This document shows, in pieces, positions 17,595-26,437 of a DNA stretch of 32,000 nucleotides. The stretch's first letter is position 1. Every line of letters begins with the position of its first letter. Source of the DNA: an uncultured archaeon (GTDB lineage: Archaea; Micrarchaeota; Micrarchaeia; Micrarchaeales; CABMGC01); the NCBI GenBank assembly GCA_963704435.1, contig OY969902.1, forward strand, positions 390,001 to 422,000. The letters are read 5' to 3'. The notes below the pieces were generated by a model, which searched no databases, was not told the DNA's origin, and worked only from the letters and a program-made list of their open reading frames with translations. The translations under genes were made by a program, and so were the position numbers.

Positions 17595-18688
17595 AGATGT
17601 CTACCAGAATAAACATAGGGCCCGTGCACCCGAGCATGCAGGATTCGCTGCGGCTTGTGGTCGACGTCGAGGGCGACACGGTCGTGGGTGTGGAGCCGCA
17701 TGTGGGCCTCCTGCACAGGGGCGTCGAGAAGCTGGTAGAGAACAGGGCATACATGCAGAACCCGGCGTACATGGAGAAGCTCGACTACGCCGCGCCGCTG
17801 GCGTACGACGACCTGTACGTGGCCGCCGTCGAGGACGCCGTTGGGGCCGCGGTCGGAGAGAGGGCGATGTACGAGCGCACCATACTGCTCGAGCTCCAGA
17901 GGATCGCCAGCCACCTCCTGTGGCTAGGCACGATGGCGAACGACCTGTCCCCCGAATCCAGCCTGTTCATGTGGACGCTCAGGGACAGGGACATGGTGCT
18001 GCGTCTGCTGCAGGAGGTTTCGGGATCTAGGATGTTCTACGTCAATATGAGGCTGGGCGGCCTGGCAAGGGACTTCCAGCCTGGCTTCGGGGAGCGCGCG
18101 GTATCCGTAATCGACCAGCTCAGGAAGAGGGTCAAGGAATACGAGTCCTTCATAGACAAGGATCCCGTATTCAAGGAGAGGCTGGTCGGGGTGGGTAAGC
18201 TCACCAAGGAGAAGGCGATAGACCTGGGGGTGACAGGGCCGGTCTTGAGGGGTTCGGGTGTCGAGAGCGATGCCAGGAAGGACAAGCCGTATTACGCGTA
18301 CGAGAAGCTCAACTTCAGGGCCCACATGAAGCGCGATGGGGACTGCTTCGCCAGGTACAAGGTCAGGATGATGGAGCTGGCCGAGAGCATGAGGATCGTC
18401 AAGGACGGTCTCAAGGGCCTGCCGGACGGGTCTTCGGTGGGAATCCCCGTCAGTCTGGTGGTCCCCGAGATCAGGAAGAGGGTAGTCTGCGTCAGCAGGG
18501 AGACGCCGCGCGGAGAATGCATGATGTACATGGTCGCGGATCCCCAGAGGCCCTACCGGCTTTCGATACGCTCGCCTTCCTTCATAAACTTGGCGGCGAT
18601 CCGCGAGATGGCGCGGGGCTGCAGGATGGCCGACCTCTTCGCGATACTCGGCAATCTGGACGTTGTGATGGGTGATGTCGATAGATAG
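17591..18688 (+). CDS. nuoD: NADH-quinone oxidoreductase subunit D-like
   Basis: NIGPVHPSMQDSLRL, GLLHRGVEKL, ERTILLELQRIASHLLWLG, C-terminus NLDVVMGDVDR. Confidence 0.95.
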   Translation: MKMSTRINIGPVHPSMQDSLRLVVDVEGDTVVGVEPHVGLLHRGVEKLVENRAYMQNPAYMEKLDYAAPLAYDDLYVAAVEDAVGAAVGERAMYERTILLELQRIASHLLWLGTMANDLSPESSLFMWTLRDRDMVLRLLQEVSGSRMFYVNMRLGGLARDFQPGFGERAVSVIDQLRKRVKEYESFIDKDPVFKERLVGVGKLTKEKAIDLGVTGPVLRGSGVESDARKDKPYYAYEKLNFRAHMKRDGDCFARYKVRMMELAESMRIVKDGLKGLPDGSSVGIPVSLVVPEIRKRVVCVSRETPRGECMMYMVADPQRPYRLSIRSPSFINLAAIREMARGCRMADLFAILGNLDVVMGDVDR

Positions 18689-19679
18689 CTTTGCGATGCT
18701 GCAGCTCTCGCTCCAGGGATTGCTGGCCTCAGGCGGCGTCTCAGCGGCAGCCGCGCTGGCGGCCTACGCTGTTCTCGTCGTCGTGCTGGTCATCGCGTTC
18801 GGCTACGCGTTCAGCTGGGCCGAGAGGAGGATAATCGCAGGGATCCAGTCGAGGCGCGGACCGACGCGCGCAGGCGGGCTGCTGCAGAACTTCGCTGATA
18901 TAACGAAGCTTCTCTCCAAGGAGGACGCCACTCCTCGCGCCGCCAACGGATTCCTGTTCAAGGCGTCGATGCTGCTCATGCCCGCGGCGTTCGTGTTCCT
19001 GATCATGCTGCTCCCCTTCTCGCCCGGCTCCCTTGCGGGAGGGCTAAGCCTAGGAATGCTCGCAGTGTTCGTCGCGCTCTCATTCATCCCCTCCCTCGTC
19101 TTCGTCTGCGGCTTCTCCAGCGGAAACAAGTTCTCTGAGATGAGCGCGCAGAGGGCCATAGCCGCCCAGCTCGGCTACGGGCTGCCGATGGTGCTCGCTG
19201 CGGCGGCGGTCGCGATGTTCGCGGGCGCGTACGGATTCCAGGGGATAGTCGCCGCGCAGGCCGGAGCGTGGTTCGTGCTCCTTATGCCGATAGGATTCGC
19301 CGTGTTCTACGTGGCGCTGCTCGCGGACTTGGGCAAGGCCCCGCTCGACGCGGGGGAGACTGACTCGGATATGGTCGCGGGCTGGCTGACCGACGCGAGC
19401 GCCCCGTACTACGCGCTCGCGCTGTTCGCGGACTACGCCAGGATGTTCCTCGGGAGCCTGCTCATCTCGATGCTGTTCCTCGGCGGGTGGCTGGGACCCG
19501 TGCTGCCTCCGGTCGCCTGGCTGCTCATAAAGGCGTTCGTCGTTCTGCTGTCCATAACCGTCGTGCGCGAAGCCCTGGCATCGATGAGGATCGACAGGAT
19601 ACTGAGATTCGGGTGGGTCGCGCTCATCCCGCTTGCGGCGCTAAACTTAATAATTGTGTCAATTCTATTCATCCGATGA
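18672..19679 (+). CDS. nuoH: NADH-quinone oxidoreductase subunit H-like
   Basis: AERRIIAGIQSRRGPTRAGGLLQNFADITKLLSKED; DLGKAPLDAGETDSDMVAGWLTDASAPYYALALFADYARMF. Confidence 0.93.
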   Translation: MMSIDSFAMLQLSLQGLLASGGVSAAAALAAYAVLVVVLVIAFGYAFSWAERRIIAGIQSRRGPTRAGGLLQNFADITKLLSKEDATPRAANGFLFKASMLLMPAAFVFLIMLLPFSPGSLAGGLSLGMLAVFVALSFIPSLVFVCGFSSGNKFSEMSAQRAIAAQLGYGLPMVLAAAAVAMFAGAYGFQGIVAAQAGAWFVLLMPIGFAVFYVALLADLGKAPLDAGETDSDMVAGWLTDASAPYYALALFADYARMFLGSLLISMLFLGGWLGPVLPPVAWLLIKAFVVLLSITVVREALASMRIDRILRFGWVALIPLAALNLIIVSILFIR

Positions 19680-19683
19680 TTGC

Positions 19684-20052
19684 TTGTTCGTGGAGCCGCT
19701 CGCCAAGGCAGTAAGGAGTCTCGCGGATAAGAAGGCCACCCTGGAATTCCCCGCGGAGAAAGAATCCTTGGACGACGTGGAGCGCGGCGCCCTGCTGCTT
19801 GACATGGACACCTGCGTGAGCTGCTGCGCGTGCGAGCAGATGTGCCCGGCGAAGGCGATAGACATGGTCGAAGTGAAGGCATCGGCGAGCGCCACGAAGA
19901 AGATGCCGCAGGTAGGGATGGACAGGTGCATGCTCTGCGGATTCTGCGAGGAGGTCTGTCCGACGAAATGCCTGTCGCTGACCAAGGGCTACGACTTCGA
20001 AGTGTGCGACAAGAGGGCGCTGACGAAAAGGCCCGAGGAGCTCAGGGGTTAG
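19684..20052 (+). CDS. nuoI: NADH-quinone oxidoreductase subunit I-like, 2x[4Fe-4S]
   Basis: CVSCCACEQMCP and CMLCGFCEEVCP clusters; ORF track starts at 19654, more likely TTG/GTG start about 19684-19690. Confidence 0.9.
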   Translation: MFVEPLAKAVRSLADKKATLEFPAEKESLDDVERGALLLDMDTCVSCCACEQMCPAKAIDMVEVKASASATKKMPQVGMDRCMLCGFCEEVCPTKCLSLTKGYDFEVCDKRALTKRPEELRG

Positions 20053-20055
20053 CGC

Positions 20056-20532
20056 ATGGCGGACATGGAGCTCGCTGCCATCTTTGCGATAATGCTAGTT
20101 CCCGCAGCGCTGATGTTCCTGGAAAGGAAGCCGCTTCGCACTGCGATATGCCTGGCGATATCCGCGTTCGGAGGGGCGCTCCTGCTGCTCTACGTCGGGC
20201 AGAGCCTCGCCGCGCTGCTGCAGCTTTTCGTGTTCGTAGGTTGCCTGCCCCTTTACCTGACCATGTCCGTCGCGTCCGAGGATGCGCGGATCACGGTGAA
20301 GGACGGCGCGAAGTTCTTCCTCTCGGCGGCCCTGGCGGTCGGAGGGCTGTGCCTTCCCTTCGTCATTTTTGCAGGTGGCGCCGCCCTGCCGGTCGGCAAC
20401 AATCTCGTCGCTGCCGCGGCCGCGTCGCTTGAAAGCCAGTACGTCATGGCATATGCTTCAGTATTCCTCGTATTCGCGTCGGCGATTGGCGCGGCCGTCA
20501 TAGTCAGGAGGTCCTCGAAGGTGGTCGTCTGA
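20056..20532 (+). CDS. nuoJ: NADH-quinone oxidoreductase subunit J-like
   Basis: five-TM size, position, VFVGCLPLYLTMSVASEDARI. Confidence 0.75.
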   Translation: MADMELAAIFAIMLVPAALMFLERKPLRTAICLAISAFGGALLLLYVGQSLAALLQLFVFVGCLPLYLTMSVASEDARITVKDGAKFFLSAALAVGGLCLPFVIFAGGAALPVGNNLVAAAAASLESQYVMAYASVFLVFASAIGAAVIVRRSSKVVV

Positions 20533-20828
20533 TGCTGAATTATGTGCTGCTGGCTTCTGTGGCCACCATAGGAGTGGCCTTGGCGGGGATAATCTCGAGC
20601 AGGCACTTCGCCGTGCTCATGCTCGCCGTGGAGCTAATCCTGATGTCTAGCTCCGTCCTCCTGCTTTCATACTTCTCGCTGTCCCCTGTGGCGGGAATCG
20701 ATGCCTTCCCCATGCTGGTCGGGATCTGGTCTGTAGTGGCCGTGGAGGCCATCGCGCTAACGGCATTCCACGTTTACATGAGGTCGCGCGGCATGGGCCT
20801 TGACCTTTCAAAGCTTCCGCGACAATAG
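20532..20828 (+). CDS. nuoK: NADH-quinone oxidoreductase subunit K-like
   Basis: RHFAVLMLAVELILMSSSVLLLSYF...VVAVEAIALTAFHVYMRSRG. Confidence 0.87.
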   Translation: MLNYVLLASVATIGVALAGIISSRHFAVLMLAVELILMSSSVLLLSYFSLSPVAGIDAFPMLVGIWSVVAVEAIALTAFHVYMRSRGMGLDLSKLPRQ

Positions 20829-20835
20829 TGATGCC

Positions 20836-21711
20836 ATGCTAGGACCCATGATACTTCTGCTGCCCCCTCTCGCCGCGCTTGCGGCGATAGCGCTAAGCAG
20901 GAACCGGTGGATTGCCAAGTATGCTGCATTGGCGGGATGCCTAGCCGGCCTGCTTCTGCTACCGTTCGTAGACCGCGGCACTGAAAGCGCCGCGTGGTTC
21001 AGCGGCGGGGGCGCGACCTTCGTAATCACGACCTTGATGGGCCCCCTTAACGTGCTGCTCGCTGCGGCCGTTCTCGTGGTAGGCATCCTGGCCTCGTTAT
21101 ACTCGTTCCGGTTCGCGGACCTGCCTAGCGAGAAGCGGCGGTTCTGCATCGGGATGCTTGCGATCGAGACATCGGTACTCGCCATCACCATGGCAGGCAA
21201 TTTCATGCTCCTGCTGATCGCATGGGGATTCCTAGGCGCCTCCGGCTACCTGCTCAGGGGATTCCGCGGCGGGGCGAGGGCCAGCGCCGCCGCCAGGAGA
21301 TTCCTGACGCTGGTTTTGGTAGGGGATGTCGCGCTGATCGCTTCGACAGCCATATTATTCACCACGTACGGCAGTCTCGAATTCAATATCATACTCGGAT
21401 CCCTCCGGGCTACTCCGATTCCCCGCTCCGCGGCGGCGCTTCTGGCGCTGGCAGCCTTAACATGGCCCGCGGACCTCATCCTAACTGTGGATGCCCTCAG
21501 CCCGACGTTTGCGTTCTTCTCTAGGTTCATAGAGATCCTTGGAGACGGCTTCGCCTACTTCGACGAGTCCTTGGACAACGCGCTGTATCTGCTGGGACGC
21601 GCTCTGTCACGGCTGGGCAGGACGAAGAGAGCGGGCGCCGGGATTAACGCTTACGTCCTACTGTTCGCGGTAGGCATCCTACTGCTGCTCGTTGCAATGG
21701 TGTTCATTTGA
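20836..21711 (+). CDS. drastically shortened NuoL-like subunit
   Basis: About 291 aa from ATG 20836 (typical NuoL about 600). N-terminal NuoL-like TM segments join directly to a NuoL-like C-terminus (LSPTFAFFSRFIEILGDGFAYFDESLDNALYLLGRALSRLGRTKRAGAGINAYVLLFAVGILLLLVAMVF). Confidence 0.75.
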   Translation: MLGPMILLLPPLAALAAIALSRNRWIAKYAALAGCLAGLLLLPFVDRGTESAAWFSGGGATFVITTLMGPLNVLLAAAVLVVGILASLYSFRFADLPSEKRRFCIGMLAIETSVLAITMAGNFMLLLIAWGFLGASGYLLRGFRGGARASAAARRFLTLVLVGDVALIASTAILFTTYGSLEFNIILGSLRATPIPRSAAALLALAALTWPADLILTVDALSPTFAFFSRFIEILGDGFAYFDESLDNALYLLGRALSRLGRTKRAGAGINAYVLLFAVGILLLLVAMVFI

Positions 21712-23087
21712 TGATATCACTGGCTCTAGGCTTCGCGGTGGTGCTCGCGCTCTACCTGCTGGTGAACATGTCAGCAAGCCTTGTGCGCGCCAAGAAGTTC
21801 CAATTCGCCTGCAACGCTATCCTCCTGGCACTGCTCTGCGTAGGCGCACTTGCGCTGTCCGGAGTTACGGCGACTTACCTGAGCATGATATCGGTGAATC
21901 CCTTCTCGGCGATGTTCGCCCTCGCCTTCACGCTCACGGTCTTCCTCGCCAACTTCCTGGCTTACGTCGCGCCGCAGGGCTATTCTGACTTCGCGCTGTT
22001 GGGCTCCTTCGCCCTGGCGGGATCGTACCTGATCGCGTTCGCGAGCTCGCTCGTAGCGATATTCCTTGGCCTGGAGGCGGTGGCGGTGCCCGCCGCGTTC
22101 ATCTTGTTGATCTCAAGGAGGCAGAGCGCCGGAGCAGCCGCTAAGTTCTTCATCATTTCTTCGCTGTCGGTCGCTGTGCTCTCGTTTGCCGCGGTGCTCG
22201 TCTACGGATCTTCAGGAACTCTCGCCCTTGCCGTCCACCCGCAGAGCCCTGTCCTCGCATTGGCAGCAGCCCTATTCATCGCATCCTTAGGATTCGGAGC
22301 GCTCATCTTCCCGTTCAACGCCTCCCTGGCGGGAATCTATCACGGCGCATCCGCGCAAGCAATCTCAATCGCGGGAGTTCTGCAGAACAAAGTAGGATTC
22401 GCGGCCATGATGCTCGTATTCGTCCTTGTCTTCCAGTCTTACGGGCTCGCGTTCCAGGCCATTGCAGTGCTCGCAGCGCTCACCATGCTCGCGGGCAGCG
22501 TCCTGGCGAACGGCCAGAACAGCCTGAAGAGGCTGCTCGCCTACGCGTCGTTCGCGCAGGCGGGGTTCGTGCTCGTCGGGATCGCGACGAACAGCGCAGC
22601 GGGGCTAGGCGCCAGCTCGGTGCAGATATTCGCAGACGTCTTCTCCTTCATGGGAATCCTCGGGATAATCGCATGGCTGGAGCGGCACGACAGGAGCCGC
22701 GTGGACGACCTGGTGGGGCTCTACAAGGAGAACAGGTTCGTGGCCGTGGCGCTCTGCATATTCCTGCTCTCGCTGCTGGGGATTCCGTTCACGGTGGGCT
22801 TCGTAGGAAAATTCCTGATCCTCCTCGAGGCGACAAAATCGGGACTGCTGTGGCTGGCTGCAGTGGGCGTGATTGAAATCGCAATCTCGGTATTCTACTG
22901 CGCGCGCGCGATGACCGCGATGTATGCGGGAAGGGCCGGAGCGAAGAGAGTGCGCCTCGATCGCGCGACTGCCTGTGTCGTCGTAATATGCCTGTTGCTT
23001 ACGCTTGCATTTGGAATCTATCCGCAGCCGATGATCAGCATCGCGAACAGCGGCGCGGGCTATCTTTTCAGCCTGGCCGCGCACTGA
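21711..23087 (+). CDS. nuoN: NADH-quinone oxidoreductase subunit N-like
   Basis: proton-antiporter family signatures: FLGLEAVAVPAAF, NSLKRLLAYASFAQAGFVLVG, FLLSLLGIPFTVGFVGKFLIL. Confidence 0.85.
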   Translation: MISLALGFAVVLALYLLVNMSASLVRAKKFQFACNAILLALLCVGALALSGVTATYLSMISVNPFSAMFALAFTLTVFLANFLAYVAPQGYSDFALLGSFALAGSYLIAFASSLVAIFLGLEAVAVPAAFILLISRRQSAGAAAKFFIISSLSVAVLSFAAVLVYGSSGTLALAVHPQSPVLALAAALFIASLGFGALIFPFNASLAGIYHGASAQAISIAGVLQNKVGFAAMMLVFVLVFQSYGLAFQAIAVLAALTMLAGSVLANGQNSLKRLLAYASFAQAGFVLVGIATNSAAGLGASSVQIFADVFSFMGILGIIAWLERHDRSRVDDLVGLYKENRFVAVALCIFLLSLLGIPFTVGFVGKFLILLEATKSGLLWLAAVGVIEIAISVFYCARAMTAMYAGRAGAKRVRLDRATACVVVICLLLTLAFGIYPQPMISIANSGAGYLFSLAAH

Positions 23088-23089
23088 CA

Positions 23090-25804
23090 TCAGCGCTTTC
23101 CGTACCTGCTGAGGAAGGCCATGTACCTTCCCATGACGCTGGATGGCGCAGAAGGCTTCGCCTTGGCCAGGATCTTTGTCACGTCGCTCATCTCAACCAT
23201 GGCCTCCCCTCCCTTCGAGAGGCTCGTCTGGAGCGCGTTGATCTTCACCTGCCGGCAGATGTTCGCGATGTCCGCGCCGGTGAACCCCTCAGTCATGTCC
23301 GCAAGCTTTCCGAAGTCAAGGTCATCCGAGACGGGCACTTTCTTCAGGTTCTGCTCGAACAACTTCTCCCTGTCGTCCCTCTGAGGGGCCGGGACGAAGA
23401 TCAGCTTGTCGAACCTTCCCGGCCTGAGCAGCGCCGCGTCCAGTACATCCGGCCGGTTCGTGGACGCCACGACCACTATCCCGGTGGCGTCCTTTATCTT
23501 GTCGAACTCCTCCAGGATCTCGCCCGTGAGCATCGCTCCGGTATATGCGGTGGTGTCTCTCGCTGGGACCAGCGCATCGATCTCGTCGATGAACACTATT
23601 GCCGGAGGGTGCTCCTTCGCCCTGTCGAATATCTCCCTTATCGACGCTACGACGGCATCGGGCCCGCGCCTTGTCACGTCATATCCGGACAGGGTAAGCA
23701 CGCGCACGTCAGGCAGCTTGTTCGCGGTCGCGTTTATTAGCATCGTCTTGCCGGTTCCGGGCGGGCCGAAGAGCAGTATGCCCCTCACCCCTCCGACGCC
23801 GTACTTCTTTATGAGCTCCGGATGTATTATCGGGAGCTCGATCGCCTCCTCGAGGGCCTTCTTCGCCTCGTCCAGCCCGACGACGTCGCCAAGGCTCACC
23901 TTCTCTCCCTTCTCCGCCTGCATCTCCGGATTGAGCCGCCTCTCGTAGTCCAGCTTGAATGTGTTGAACGCCTCGAGCTGCGACAGCGAGGTCGATGGGT
24001 TGACCGCCTTTATCACTGCGAGTATGTCCTGCAGCCTTATGATGAGCATCGCGTGCTTTGCTATCGCCTGCTCTCCCACCTGCCTCGCGACCTCGTCGCA
24101 GACGTTCTTTATGTCCGCGCCCGAGAACCTGAGCGTGATTCCGGCCAGCTTGTCGTAGTCCATGTCCTTGTCAATCGGGAGCTTCGAGAGGTAGTACTTG
24201 AATATCTCCGCCCTCCCCACCTGGTCCGGCAGCGGCATGTAGAGTATCTTGTCGAACCTGCCCGGCCTGAGCAGCGCAGGGTCGAGCAGCTGGGGCGCGT
24301 TGGTCGCGCCGACGATGACCACCTTCGATATCTTCTGGAAGCCGTCCATCTCGCTGAGCATGGCCGTGAGCAGCTCCCTTATCGCCTCGTTCCTCTGCAC
24401 CTCCCTGCGTCCGCCGATGCTGTCCAGCTCGTCGAAGAATAGGACGCACGGCGCGTTCTTCTTGGCCGTTGAGAAGATCTTCACGAGGGCCTGCGCGCTC
24501 GAGCCCGGAATCGCCGAGAGCAGCGAGGCCGCGTTCACGTAGTAGAAGCTCGCCCTCAGCTCGTTGGCCAGCGCCCGCATTATGAGCGTCTTGCCCGTTC
24601 CGGGCGGGCCGAAGAGCAGTATGCCCTTCGCCGGGCTCACGCCGTACGCGCCGGATATCTCCCTGTGCTCTATCGGGGCCATCACGGCGTTCCTGAGCTC
24701 CTTCTTCGTCTCCGCGTAGTCAGCGACGTCGTCAAAGGTCTCTCCGCTGCCCTTGGTCAGGTCCTCGAAGGCGACTCCGAACTTGCCGAGTATATCCTGC
24801 TTCATCACGTCGAGCGCCATGACCACGTCTATTCCGGCGGCCTCGAGCGAGAAAAGGAAGACGGGCGTTATGAGGAAGCCGACGATTATCAGTGGGTTGA
24901 AGCCCAGCCCCTCGATCCTGGAGAACAGGAAGTAGGACGCCAGCAGGACTATCCCGAAGAAGGACGAGAAAGATCCCTTGTAGGGCGACCTGCTCTTTAT
25001 CGCGTAGTTGCTTATCGTGAAGACCACGAGAAGCCATATGCAGATCTGGATCAGCGTGAACGGGAGGTCGTGCCATAAGCCGAGCAGCGCATAGTAGAAG
25101 ACATTATAGAGGTTGCCCATCGCCTCCGTGCTGAAGAGCGCGCCAAGAGAGCCGGTCCACGAGCTGATCAGGTTGCCGAAAACCGCTGCGTGCTTCGTAG
25201 GGGTGAGGTATTTCGCAAGGGAGGTGGCTGCTACCGTCTTGTTCATGAACGTGGAGTTGTAGACTATCGGCCCGGACAGGGCAATTCCGGTAAGCCCTGA
25301 TACCATTACCGATAACACGATGACCACCAAGGAGAGTATCGCGCCGCGCTTGAATCCCAGGACCAGTATCGAAATGATGAATCCCGGAATGACGAGCAGA
25401 TAGCCGAGGTACGACAGCGACAGGAAGACCAGGGCGAACGTGAAGGCTATCGTCCGGTAGTACTTGTAGCCCAGTATGAGCGATATGCTTATGATAATCG
25501 TGAAGAGCCACACCAGCAGCGGAGACTGATAGATGAGCATGGGCAGCACTGAGAGCAGCATCGTCATCAGGCCGAGCAGCGGGTGTATCAGCGCGAGGAC
25601 GAAAATCAGCAGGATGACCGGAGCGAGGAGGTAGACGGGCAGGAACGGGAACGCGATCGCCATGCTGGCCAGCGCCAGCGACATTATCAGCGCATCCTGG
25701 AAGTTCTTGTTGCTGACGAGCTGCCTGATGACGTCCTTCATCCAGTAGACGGAGAGCGGTGCGATCCCGCGCTTTACGGTTTCAACTTTTTTCTTGTCCT
25801 TCAA
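23090..25804 (-). CDS. membrane-integrated double-AAA+ CDC48/VCP-like ATPase
   Basis: About 330 aa multi-TM N-terminal region, then two AAA modules: GPPGTGKT / VLFFDELDSIGGRR / ATNAPQLLDPALLRPGRFD and GPPGTGKT / IVFIDEIDALVPARD / STNRPDVLDAALLRPGRFD. TTG start at 25804 with an in-frame stop just upstream. Confidence 0.93.
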   Translation of the reverse strand: MKDKKKVETVKRGIAPLSVYWMKDVIRQLVSNKNFQDALIMSLALASMAIAFPFLPVYLLAPVILLIFVLALIHPLLGLMTMLLSVLPMLIYQSPLLVWLFTIIISISLILGYKYYRTIAFTFALVFLSLSYLGYLLVIPGFIISILVLGFKRGAILSLVVIVLSVMVSGLTGIALSGPIVYNSTFMNKTVAATSLAKYLTPTKHAAVFGNLISSWTGSLGALFSTEAMGNLYNVFYYALLGLWHDLPFTLIQICIWLLVVFTISNYAIKSRSPYKGSFSSFFGIVLLASYFLFSRIEGLGFNPLIIVGFLITPVFLFSLEAAGIDVVMALDVMKQDILGKFGVAFEDLTKGSGETFDDVADYAETKKELRNAVMAPIEHREISGAYGVSPAKGILLFGPPGTGKTLIMRALANELRASFYYVNAASLLSAIPGSSAQALVKIFSTAKKNAPCVLFFDELDSIGGRREVQRNEAIRELLTAMLSEMDGFQKISKVVIVGATNAPQLLDPALLRPGRFDKILYMPLPDQVGRAEIFKYYLSKLPIDKDMDYDKLAGITLRFSGADIKNVCDEVARQVGEQAIAKHAMLIIRLQDILAVIKAVNPSTSLSQLEAFNTFKLDYERRLNPEMQAEKGEKVSLGDVVGLDEAKKALEEAIELPIIHPELIKKYGVGGVRGILLFGPPGTGKTMLINATANKLPDVRVLTLSGYDVTRRGPDAVVASIREIFDRAKEHPPAIVFIDEIDALVPARDTTAYTGAMLTGEILEEFDKIKDATGIVVVASTNRPDVLDAALLRPGRFDKLIFVPAPQRDDREKLFEQNLKKVPVSDDLDFGKLADMTEGFTGADIANICRQVKINALQTSLSKGGEAMVEMSDVTKILAKAKPSAPSSVMGRYMAFLSRYGKR

Positions 25805-25915
25805 GCGATGTCACCGAGCGCAGCTTGGGTCGCCTCCTGACGCCTAAACATGATAAACTCTGCATATCTATATTAATATTCTCTAATTTCATAATAGCAA
25901 CCCGCGGGATAGCGC

Positions 25916-26014
25916 CCCGCTGTAGCTCAATGGCAGAGCGACCGGCTGTAGTTTGTCACTTCTTCACGGCAAGAAGATACCGGTAGGTTGGGTGTTCAAA
26001 TCACCCCAGCGGGA
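25916..26014 (+). tRNA. tRNA-Tyr (GTA) with about 27-nt intron at position 37/38
   Basis: Manual fold: acceptor CCCGCTG/CAGCGGG, C1-G72, A73; D-arm GCTC/GAGC; anticodon stem ACCGG/CCGGT, loop CTGTAG[intron 25952-25978]A; T-arm GGGTG TTCAAAT CACCC. CCA not encoded. Confidence 0.93.
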
Positions 26015-26034
26015 CACACAGGATAGGCGATTGT

Positions 26035-26289
26035 TTGGACTACGTTGCGATAATAGGCACAGCCGCAGGGGCGCTGACCACGTTCTCGTACCTTCCGGAA
26101 CTGGTTGACGTGCTGAAGACGAGAGTGACTAAGGACCTGTCAGAGGTTTGGCTGATCTCAGTCAGCACAGGCTTCGTCCTTTGGACGTACTATGGCTACT
26201 GCATTAATTCATGGCCCCTCGTTCTGTTCAGCGCGCTGTCGCTGGCCTTCGCGATGGCGCTCCTGGCGCTGAAATTAAGGTATAAGTAG
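26035..26289 (+). CDS. SemiSWEET / PQ-loop family transporter
   Basis: IIGTAAGALTTFSYLPELVDVLKTRVTKDLSEVWLISVSTGFVLWTYYGYCINSWPLVLFSALSL; three-TM PQ-loop pattern; TTG start possible. Confidence 0.85.
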   Translation: MDYVAIIGTAAGALTTFSYLPELVDVLKTRVTKDLSEVWLISVSTGFVLWTYYGYCINSWPLVLFSALSLAFAMALLALKLRYK

Positions 26290-26320
26290 ATTGCTGGTCA
26301 AATAGGTTACGCCAAAGCGT

Positions 26321-26393
26321 GCCTTGGTGGTGTAGTGGACTAGCATACGACCCTGTCACGGTTGTGACCCGGGTTCGAATCCCGGCCAAGGCG
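26321..26393 (+). tRNA. tRNA-Asp (GTC)
   Basis: Manual fold: acceptor GCCTTGG/CCAAGGC, G73; D-arm GTGT/GCAT (with G-T pairs); anticodon arm CGACC CTGTCAC GGTTG; T-arm CCGGG TTCGAAT CCCGG; CCA not encoded. Confidence 0.94.
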
Positions 26394-26437
26394 CTTTGGA
26401 ACTGCGACAAGGATCGTATCCTAAAATTAAAAGTTGA

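Noticed and set aside
17435-18531. Several overlapping ORFs in nuoC/nuoD (both strands)
   Set aside because: Arg/His/Pro-rich translations expected from out-of-frame reading of GC-rich genes; NuoC/NuoD frames are unambiguous.
23822-26289. Plus-strand and alternate minus-strand ORFs across the CDC48-like gene
   Set aside because: The AAA+ frame explains the whole region; the others have no domain signal.
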